Made by a program: the position numbers and the translations under genes. Shown piece by piece: positions 19,916-28,300 of a stretch of 64,000 nt of DNA. This DNA comes from Bacteroidota bacterium. GTDB taxonomy: Bacteria > Bacteroidota > Bacteroidia > Chitinophagales > LD1. The stretch's first letter is position 1. Each line of letters starts with the position of its first letter. The notes under the pieces were generated by a model. That model ran no database searches. It saw only the letters and a program-made list of their open reading frames with translations, and was not told where the DNA came from. The DNA lies in the NCBI GenBank assembly GCA_947479455.1, contig CANJZE010000003.1:20956-84955 (forward strand), read 5' to 3'.

Positions 19916-20962
19916 TTATGTTTCGAGGTTATTGAGTAGCTTGATAATTTGCTCTGCCAAGTCATTCACTACAACGTCTTCCGTTTTGTCTATCAAGGGG
20001 AATAAGGCAAATGATATTTCTCTACTGTTGTTTTCATAAGCGGTAACATTTAAGTGGCTCGCCAATTCACGGCTTCGTTTTCTTAGTCGGTCTGTCATCA
20101 CCCATTTCGCATTATTTGAAATATCATCCCTAACGAATATCCAAAAAGGCGAGTCCGCTCGTTCAGCCCAATACTCGAATTTCAATGATAATCCTGCACC
20201 AAATTTTTCCGTTTTAAAGAAACGGGTATAACCACCGCGATGTGCGCCCGAACTGAATCCCTTTGTATCGGCAATATTTCGCTTCCTTAATTCATCTATT
20301 ACCTTATCAAGAATATCATAGTATGAGTTAATTCTCTTTGCGTACTTCGGTGATAGTTCTTCACTTTGTATCGGTAGAAAGGCATTGCTATCAATCGTAT
20401 CACAGAAGCCAATAATTTGGTCTATGTCAGAAATCAAAACCTGCTCGTTATCCTGCACCAACTGTATTTTGACTGTTTGCAAAATTTCATTCCATGTTTT
20501 TACGAGCAGATGTTTGTTGCCATTGAATACAATGGAATGCGTTTCTTGATTTGAATTGCAATTTGCTTGAAAAGTATTACCGCGCTTCTGCAACTCGTCA
20601 AAAACAGGTCTAACACGAAGCGTTGGGCATATAAAAACTAATGCAGAGTTTTCTTGAAGTCGGTTTAAGTATTCATTCGGTTGATTGTCGGTAAGTGAAG
20701 CCCAAAACTTTGCTTCTAAAAGCAACACTTCTTTCCCGTCATTATTAAATCCCGATATATCAGGTCGCTCTAATTTATCTCCTACGTTTTGTGTAGAGTA
20801 GGTTATATCTTCAAAATCTAAATTACAGTTGCTCTTTATAATTCTGTTTATCGCAAGCCTTGCAGACTTTGACCTTTGCAATATGTATGCTAACCCTTCG
20901 GATGCTATGTCCTCCTGTGAGCCTTTAATCCGCGAATAAAATTGACCTAATAGTGACTGCAT
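19916..20962 (-). CDS. PD-(D/E)xK nuclease-fold protein with an uncharacterised C-terminal domain
   Basis: Motif ...LERPDISGFNNDGKEVLLLEAKFWA (PD ... E-A-K with canonical spacing). The remaining ~230 aa are unrecognised. Confidence 0.6.
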   Translation of the reverse strand: MQSLLGQFYSRIKGSQEDIASEGLAYILQRSKSARLAINRIIKSNCNLDFEDITYSTQNVGDKLERPDISGFNNDGKEVLLLEAKFWASLTDNQPNEYLNRLQENSALVFICPTLRVRPVFDELQKRGNTFQANCNSNQETHSIVFNGNKHLLVKTWNEILQTVKIQLVQDNEQVLISDIDQIIGFCDTIDSNAFLPIQSEELSPKYAKRINSYYDILDKVIDELRKRNIADTKGFSSGAHRGGYTRFFKTEKFGAGLSLKFEYWAERADSPFWIFVRDDISNNAKWVMTDRLRKRSRELASHLNVTAYENNSREISFALFPLIDKTEDVVVNDLAEQIIKLLNNLET

Positions 20963-20972
20963 TTATTTAGAT

Positions 20973-21863
20973 TTATTTCGATGCAAAAGATTTATATTTC
21001 AATACTCTTTTCCGTAATTCTTTATAATCATTTTCCTCTCCTTTCATTTTATGTAGCATTCTATGACAGTTCGAGCAAACAGTAATTAAATCTTCCTTGC
21101 TATTTTTGACTTTCCCACGAAGTTTTGATAGTGCAGTAGTATGATGAGCCTCTGCAAATCCTCTCCCAAGTTCACCGTAAGTGTTTTGAAAATCAAAATC
21201 ACAAACCTTGCATTTAAAGCCGTCACGTAATTTAACCTCATCAGCGAGTTTTTTTGACCTTTCTCTGCGAATATGTTGCGAAACGATTTTCCTATTCTCA
21301 TATGGATAATCCTCATTCGTATTCGATTCAATTTCAAGGGCTGAAACTGTGGCTTTCATTAGCCATTCAGTCTTCTTACTTATCCTGTTTAAGAATGACT
21401 TTTGGATTCTACCATTTGTTTTAATTTCATCAAAGAAGTAGTAAGTGAAAAATTTACTCTCATAGGGTTCAATAAGAAACCTTCCGAAATATTTCTTTGC
21501 AAGTGGCTTTTCAAGCATAGTTTCACCATCAGCATCCCTAATGTATGTTGAAGAATGGTCATCCTGAAAGTTACTTGATAAACTCTCTGCAATCTTTCTT
21601 ATTCTATCAATGTCGCGACACCAATAACAGATAGATATAACAGGTCTTCCAATATTCGGGAATAAATCAATCCAAAGATGAACGCCACCAATTTTTTTTA
21701 AACGAAACATCTTAACGGAATAGCCATAGGTGTCCATTTCCTCAACTTGCAAATCATCAATTCTAATTATTCTATGGTCGCGAATTTTACTTGTTAAGTC
21801 AGATTGAATTTCTTTCGCAATATCCTTAAGAATATTTTTGTAATCACGGCTTAATCTTTTCAT
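20973..21863 (-). CDS. HNH endonuclease (McrA-like C-terminal HNH) with an unknown N-terminal domain
   Basis: The C-terminus KLRDGFKCKVCDFDFQNTYGELGRGFAEAHHTTALSKLRG...LITVCSNCHRMLH carries CxxC...HH...CxxCH. Its start overlaps the upstream stop in an ATGA. Confidence 0.75.
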   Translation of the reverse strand: MKRLSRDYKNILKDIAKEIQSDLTSKIRDHRIIRIDDLQVEEMDTYGYSVKMFRLKKIGGVHLWIDLFPNIGRPVISICYWCRDIDRIRKIAESLSSNFQDDHSSTYIRDADGETMLEKPLAKKYFGRFLIEPYESKFFTYYFFDEIKTNGRIQKSFLNRISKKTEWLMKATVSALEIESNTNEDYPYENRKIVSQHIRRERSKKLADEVKLRDGFKCKVCDFDFQNTYGELGRGFAEAHHTTALSKLRGKVKNSKEDLITVCSNCHRMLHKMKGEENDYKELRKRVLKYKSFASK

Positions 21864-22618
21864 TTTTTAAAAATTGTATTCAGCAAATGAGCAAGCCTTA
21901 GCCCACTGAACAGAATTTGCTTTTCAACTATTGGAATGTTTTTGTCGAGATACTCTTGTGATAGTCGGTTATCAGAGAAGTTATAAACCGCAGGAAGATA
22001 AGCACGGGATTGCTCCATCCATTTAAGTAAATCTGTTTCTTCAATCTCCTGCTTTGAATATTTCGGCATCAACTTCAAACAATCTTCTTTCGTGATTCCG
22101 CTTTTCTGAATCATTTCTGAATCCCACAACTTGTGTAGGTTAGTTCCTTTCTCGAAGAACGTTACCTGAACTGTATTGCCTCCTTTATCTTTGCCGTAGC
22201 CAACGTGAAGCGGTTGGTGCAAATCCCCTACAAGATGAATTAAGATTTCCAAATCGCCTTTAACGCCCCATTGCGTTCTACTTTTGTTATCGCGAAGTCG
22301 TTGAGCAACATCGGTTAATTCGTTAATGATATTATCTCCTGTGGCTTGTTTATACTGCTCTCCCTTCTCTACATTGAGGTAGTGCATTGGCTTCATGTAA
22401 TCGAATGAGTGGTCGCTACGAATTACATCCATCCAAACACTTGCTTCTTCAATACTTGTGCCTGCTAAATATTTATCTACTGAATCTTTAACCGACTTGT
22501 CGAGGAACTGATAAGCGATGGATGCAATCATCTTATGCCCTTCTGCTCCCCACGCATTTGACTTTAATGGGATGTAGAGCGAAGTAACCGTAAGCAGTAT
22601 GCAACTTAATTTCTTCAT
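21860..22618 (-). CDS. S1/P1-family nuclease with signal peptide
   Basis: MKKLSCILLTVTSLYIPLKSNA then WGAEGHKMIA (the mature N-terminal Trp/His zinc ligands), HLVGDLHQPLH and NLHKLWD. ATGA overlaps occur at both ends (22615-22618 and 21860-21863). Confidence 0.85.
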   Translation of the reverse strand: MKKLSCILLTVTSLYIPLKSNAWGAEGHKMIASIAYQFLDKSVKDSVDKYLAGTSIEEASVWMDVIRSDHSFDYMKPMHYLNVEKGEQYKQATGDNIINELTDVAQRLRDNKSRTQWGVKGDLEILIHLVGDLHQPLHVGYGKDKGGNTVQVTFFEKGTNLHKLWDSEMIQKSGITKEDCLKLMPKYSKQEIEETDLLKWMEQSRAYLPAVYNFSDNRLSQEYLDKNIPIVEKQILFSGLRLAHLLNTIFKK

Positions 22619-23004
22619 GCTTCTTCTTTAAATAATTTTCGTCCGCTTAATTCTCCGAGTATCTTTTCCATCTTTTCATATTCTGACGTAAAGGTGCAAT
22701 AACCTGCGCGAATAATTTGTTGCCTTCCACAGTGAATGTGCAGTGACCATTCTATTCCATCAGTCACGTCAGAATCCCAACTGTATTTTTCCCAAAGAAC
22801 TATTGAAGGTAACATTTCGTTAAGTGGTTTCAATTCATCATCGGCAACTAATCTCTCAATGATATTTGGTGTATGAATCGGATTGTTTAAAGGATAGTCG
22901 CTATAAGTATGGATTACTTTGTTCTTCCGATATTCGATGCACTGATGTGACCCGAAGTAGCTGCCAATTTTGAATTTGAATGAACTGATTCTAAAGTTCG
23001 GCAT
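22615..23004 (-). CDS. Hypothetical 129-aa protein, second gene of the nuclease operon
   Basis: Intact ORF translationally coupled to the S1/P1 gene by an ATGA overlap. No motif recognised. Confidence 0.5.
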   Translation of the reverse strand: MPNFRISSFKFKIGSYFGSHQCIEYRKNKVIHTYSDYPLNNPIHTPNIIERLVADDELKPLNEMLPSIVLWEKYSWDSDVTDGIEWSLHIHCGRQQIIRAGYCTFTSEYEKMEKILGELSGRKLFKEEA

Positions 23005-23007
23005 CTG

Positions 23008-23172
23008 TCAGGTTTTGCTGAATATCAAAACCGCTCTAATAATCCCGCAAACAAGAATGCAAATAAGCCCGCCAAAAACTATAAACCTTCCTATCAGTTC
23101 TTCTTTGGTGTATTCACCGCCATCGGGTTTCGGGTAAATCAGAGAGTAAAGGTTGGAAAGTTGTCGTTTCAT
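23008..23172 (-). CDS. Small (54 aa) single-TM protein, not in the ORF track (below its size cut-off)
   Basis: Manual translation gives MKRQLSNLYSLIYPKPDGGEYTKEELIGRFIVFGGLICILVCGIIRAVLIFSKT. Its stop (23008-23010) lies 3 nt before the ATG of the 129-aa gene. Confidence 0.45.
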   Translation of the reverse strand: MKRQLSNLYSLIYPKPDGGEYTKEELIGRFIVFGGLICILVCGIIRAVLIFSKT

Positions 23173-23218
23173 GTTTAGAAAAAAGAATCAATAAGTTTAG
23201 TAATCGTGAATCACCAAA

Positions 23219-23731
23219 TCAAGGTTTAAGATATTTTTGATAATCCACTTTATCCTTTTTCTTCTTCTTTAATGCGTTATATTCTTCGGTAGCAGTAACA
23301 GCAATCCGAACCCAAATTGGGGGACAATGACTTTGAACTTTATTGAACGCCCTTCCCAAATCTTTAACGGGTAGCTTGTCCAATTTTAAGTAGCCAATGT
23401 ATTTGTAGAAATATATTTTTTGGTCTAACTCCTGCGTAAGATTGTTATGGCTTGCACCTACCCAAAAACTTTTTGTAAATATTTCTTTAGGTGAATTTCT
23501 TAGAACTTTATCAAAATAGAAAATTGCACTTTCATAGTCTTTGGCAATGAAGTAATCTACTCCCTTATTATAGTTCTCAATCCAATCATTTAAACGTTGC
23601 TGTTCATAAAAATCTAAGCCCTTATTCCAAGAACTATCAGTTGCAATTTTTTGAGGTGCATCCGTTGGACTTTGGCTAAAGCATAAAAAGCTGAAAACAC
23701 AGAGAAAATAAATGGGAATTACTTTTTTCAT
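23219..23731 (-). CDS. Secreted TPR-like small protein
   Basis: Signal peptide MKKVIPIYFLCVFSFLCFSQ. TPR-like helices are present (YNKGVDYFIAKDYESAIFYFDKVLRNSP). Confidence 0.5.
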   Translation of the reverse strand: MKKVIPIYFLCVFSFLCFSQSPTDAPQKIATDSSWNKGLDFYEQQRLNDWIENYNKGVDYFIAKDYESAIFYFDKVLRNSPKEIFTKSFWVGASHNNLTQELDQKIYFYKYIGYLKLDKLPVKDLGRAFNKVQSHCPPIWVRIAVTATEEYNALKKKKKDKVDYQKYLKP

Positions 23732-23753
23732 TTAAATGGTATTTTGAGTAAAT

Positions 23754-24002
23754 CTAAAAACGTTTCAACTCCGTTATATCAATACACGCCAAATACTTTT
23801 CCAATCTTTCGCCTTGTTTGAATGGCGTTACTTCCGATAGTTCTGTTTGCACCAAAACTACTTCGACATAAAAGCCATAAAGAGTATATAGGTTATATGC
23901 ACAATCTTCAATCACTGCGTTTGAAATAAACTCTCCTTTATCCCAAAGTATCTCTGCCCGTTCAGCAGTATCCAATAAAATGAATTCATACATTGATAGC
24001 AT
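23754..24002 (-). CDS. Hypothetical 82-aa protein
   Basis: ORF only; same strand and close spacing with its neighbours. Confidence 0.4.
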   Translation of the reverse strand: MLSMYEFILLDTAERAEILWDKGEFISNAVIEDCAYNLYTLYGFYVEVVLVQTELSEVTPFKQGERLEKYLACIDITELKRF

Positions 24003-24033
24003 ACTATTACATCAATCAAGTATTAACTAATAA

Positions 24034-25011
24034 TCAAATTGAAAATGCTTTCTGCAAAACTCCGTTTGAATTATATCCTTTCGTCTTGTTTGTAAAATAC
24101 TCCAGCACCTTTACCGTATCGCTATTAGTGAGTGATGTTTTGATTACGAATGAGTAAATATCTTCCCAACGAGTTCGGTCAAATTTTCTTTGTCCTGTCG
24201 CAATGATATGTGCGCCAAAGTCTTTTGCAATAGTTCCCTCTCGCCCTTCTAATACAAGATTGTAAAGATAAAAGTCAAGATTCATTTTATCCGCAATCCA
24301 AGTTCCAAGTAACCAAAACCGCATCAGTTCATATTTTTGGTCTTCCACTACGTCTTCATACTTACTTCTGAAAACTTTCGAGAACCAATTACCGCCTCCT
24401 GAAACATATTTTTTGGAAGACGTTTTGTGCTTTTCTAAGGCTTCACCTGTACCCGATGTTTTATTTCCTGATAGCACTTTGGCTTCTATAAAAAATAAAC
24501 CGATGTCGGTAATAACAATTATGTCAGGTTCGGAACCTTGTTTAATGGTTTCAACAAATTCAATTCGTGCTTTATTTAACCAAGACCATTGAGATTTTTC
24601 ATTCGGTGAATAAGACCATAAAATAAGTTCACTGTATTTTATCGGCTTACCTATTAGGTCGGATAGATAATCTGACAATAGGTTGTTTCGTTCAAGATAA
24701 CGGAACACATTCCAACTTACAGCGTCTTCGCTATTATTACTTTCAATGCGACTTTCCCTTTTCACTTTACTGATTTCGTTCAACCGCTTATCATCGTCAA
24801 TATCTATCCAAAGCAAATTATCATGAGGCTTCTCATAAATAAACGCAGATGGATAAACATATATCTTATGGTTTGGGCATTGAAAAGTGACAGGTAATCT
24901 CAACTCTTTTTTTTGGCGTCTTGCAACCTTATGATTACAATCTTTAACGGGACAATCAATTTCTGTTGTTGTAATCGAAAGATTTTCTTTCAAGTCATTA
25001 TATCCGTACAT
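24034..25011 (-). CDS. Putative PD-(D/E)xK restriction-endonuclease-like protein with an N-terminal Cys/His zinc-finger-like segment
   Basis: CPVKDCNHK...FQCPNHK (Cys/His pairs), then NSEDAVSWNVF... and SEPDIIVITDIGLFFIEAKVLSG (PD ... E-A-K). It is divergent from the Type ISP gene. Confidence 0.55.
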   Translation of the reverse strand: MYGYNDLKENLSITTTEIDCPVKDCNHKVARRQKKELRLPVTFQCPNHKIYVYPSAFIYEKPHDNLLWIDIDDDKRLNEISKVKRESRIESNNSEDAVSWNVFRYLERNNLLSDYLSDLIGKPIKYSELILWSYSPNEKSQWSWLNKARIEFVETIKQGSEPDIIVITDIGLFFIEAKVLSGNKTSGTGEALEKHKTSSKKYVSGGGNWFSKVFRSKYEDVVEDQKYELMRFWLLGTWIADKMNLDFYLYNLVLEGREGTIAKDFGAHIIATGQRKFDRTRWEDIYSFVIKTSLTNSDTVKVLEYFTNKTKGYNSNGVLQKAFSI

Positions 25012-25320
25012 AAGTTTTTATTGAAATGATTCTTGGCTAAACTAAGAATTGTATTTCGGACAAGTCAGATATACCGCTACACAATAAATGAATTGCCATT
25101 TTAAGCATCAAGCATCTATCCTGCACAAACCCTCGCTCGCATCCCGTTTGCGCCCAAAACACGCCCCTGCGCTCAAATTTTACGCATCAGAAAACAATTC
25201 ACGACTTCTAATTGCAGAAAAGCAATTCTGTTTATTTGCTTTATTTCAATTATTCATATTTTGCATTTGCAATACAAGTAATTCTTCTGACATACTCATC
25301 CCACTAAAACAGAATTTAGA

Positions 25321-28300
25321 ATGGCAATTACCTTCAATCAAATACTCGAAAAGTATAGAAAGATTTCTTTTTCAGAACGTGATAAAGGCGACCGTTTTGA
25401 AAGACTAATGCAAGCCTACTTGCTTACTGACCCCAAGTATTCTAACAAGCTGAAAAAGGTTTGGATGTGGAGTGAGTTTCATGGCAAGAATGATTTAGGT
25501 GGCGGTGATACAGGAATAGATTTAGTGGCTTTAACTAATGAAGGTGACTATTGGGCAATTCAGTGTAAGTGCTTTCAGGAAAGTTCTGTAATAGATAAAC
25601 CTGCTGTCGATTCTTTCCTTTCAACTTCGAGTAGAGAATTTAAAAACGAAGAATTAAAAACTGTTTCCTTCTCTCACCGACTTTGGATTTCAACTACGAA
25701 CAAATGGGGAACCAATGCAACGGAAGCAATAAAAAATCAGAAGCCACCTGTTACCCGACTAAACCTATATGACTTACAGGAAGCACCTGTTGATTGGGAA
25801 AAATTAGATAAGGGAATTCATGGTGAAGCATCTCGTACACCAAAGAAAACTTTACGGCTGCATCAAAAAGAAGCATTAGATAAAACACATGAACATTTTA
25901 AAAATGCGGAGCGCGGTAAACTTATCATGGCTTGCGGAACGGGAAAAACATTTAACTCACTTCGCATTGCTGAAAATGAAACTAATGGAAAAGGCTTAAT
26001 ACTTTTTTTAGTTCCTTCCATTGCTTTGTTGGGGCAAACTTTGCGCGAATGGTCATCAGATGCTAATGAACCAATCAATGCCATTTGCATTTGTTCTGAC
26101 CCTGAAATTTCAAGAAAGAAAACCAAGAACGAAGACAACGATAATTTCAGTGTGGTGGATTTAGCTTTACCCGCTTCTACAAATACAAAAGATATTCTTC
26201 ATCAGTTCCAACGCATTAAAACCAAAGGCAACTCGGGATTAACTGTTGTCTTTTCTACCTACCAATCCATTGAAGTTATTGCCCGCGCTCAAAAGGAATT
26301 ACTTAAAAATGGTTTCAGTGAATTTGATTTAATTATTTGTGACGAAGCACATCGTACTACGGGTGTTTCTTTGGCAGGAGAAGATGAATCCGCTTTCACT
26401 AAAGTTCACAACAACGATTTTATAAAAGGGAAAAAGCGTTTATACATGACTGCTACTCCTCGTTTGTATAATGATGATACAAAGAGCAAAGCTGCGCAAG
26501 CTGATGCTGTTTTGTGTTCAATGGACGACCCAAAATTATACGGTGAAGAAATTTATCGCATTGGTTTTGGTGAAGCAGTAGAGAGAGATTTGCTCACTGA
26601 TTATAAAGTTCTGATACTAACCCTTAGTGATAAAGATGTTCCGCCTGCCGTTCAAAAAATGATTGCAGATAAGGAAAGTGAAATCAATACCGATGATGCT
26701 TCTAAACTTATCGGTTGTATAAATGCTTTGTCAAAACAGATTTTAGGTGATGAAGGAATTATAAAAGCAAGCGACCCCGAACCTATGCGGAGAGCGGTTG
26801 CGTTTTGTTCAAGCATTGCTGTTTCAAAAAAGATAACAGCTACTTACAATACTGCCACCGATGCTTATATCAGTTCATTGCCAACAGATAAAAAGGATGA
26901 AATGGTTTCAGTTGCTTCCAAACATATTGACGGCACTATGTCAGCTCCCGAACGTGATGAATTATTGGGTTGGTTGAAAGAAGATTTCGATAACAACGAA
27001 TGTCGTGTCCTTACCAATGTTCGTTGTTTGAGTGAGGGTGTTGATGTGCCTTCCTTAGATGCAGTTATGTTTCTTTCTGCACGAAACTCACAGGTAGATG
27101 TAGTGCAATCAGTTGGTCGTGTGATGCGTAAATCAGAAGGGAAAAAATACGGGTATATTATTATACCTGTTGTAGTTCCTGCCGATGTTGAAGCTGACAA
27201 AGCCCTTGATGATAACGAAAGGTATAGAGTGGTTTGGACGGTTCTAAACGCACTCCGTGCGCATGATGACCGATTCAATGCTACGGTAAATAAAATTGAA
27301 CTCAACAAAAACAGACCCGCACAAATTTTAGTCGGCAGACCCGAATATTCTTGGGAAGATGGAAAGCCCGTTTCAGGTAGCAATGAAACAGGAACAAACA
27401 AAGACATCAGTAAACAAATGGCTTTGCAATTTGAGCAATTGCAACACGTAGTGTTTGCCCGTATGGTTAATAAAGTTGGCGACCGCAGGTATTGGGAGCA
27501 ATGGGCGAAAAGTGTAGCTGAAATTGCAGAACGACAAGTTGAACGCATCAACCGTTTAATCACCGAAGACAAAAAACATCAAAAAGCCTTTGCTAATTTC
27601 TTGGGTGGGTTACAAAAAAATATCAACCCGAGTATTACACAACAGGAAGCGGTGGAAATGCTTTCGCAACACATCATTACCAAACCTGTATTTGAAGCAT
27701 TGTTCGATGGCTATTCGTTTGTAAAGAACAATCCTATTTCGGTTTCTATGCAAACGATGTTGGATTTACTAGAAGAACAAGCTATTGAAAAGGATTTAGA
27801 TGTCCTACAAAAGTTTTATGATTTCGTAAAAAGAAATGCGGGCGGTATTGATAATGCTAAAGGAAAACAAGACATCATTATTAGGCTATACGACAGTTTC
27901 TTTAAGACTGCTTTCCCTAAAATGGTGGAGAAACTTGGCATTGTTTATACACCTACGGAAGTGGTAGACTTCATTATTCATTCGGTGAATGATGTATTGA
28001 AAAAAGAATTTGACCGCAGTATATCAGATGAAAACATTCACATCCTCGACCCTTTTACGGGAACAGGAACTTTTGTAACTCGATTACTGCAAAGCGGGTT
28101 GATTAAGAAAAAAGACCTCCAACGTAAATATCAAAATGAAATACACGCGAACGAAATTGTGTTGCTTGCCTATTACATAGCCGCAGTAAATATTGAAAAT
28201 GCTTATCACGATGCAATGGGAGAAATTGACTACCAAGCATTCGATGGAATTTGCTTAACCGACACATTTCAATTAGGCGAAAGCGATGAAAGCGAAAAAT

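Noticed and set aside
25088-25408. 106-aa plus-strand ORF upstream of and overlapping the Type ISP start
   Set aside because: It overlaps the convincing ATG at 25321 in another frame and spans the divergent promoter spacer. It has no motif. The GC-rich patch within it (about 25125-25185) showed no clear secondary structure when I tried to fold it by eye.
26865-27572. 235-aa minus-strand ORF (and 25863-26138) inside the Type ISP gene
   Set aside because: It is antisense to a CDS with clear helicase motifs. It is Ser/Cys/Thr-rich with no motif.
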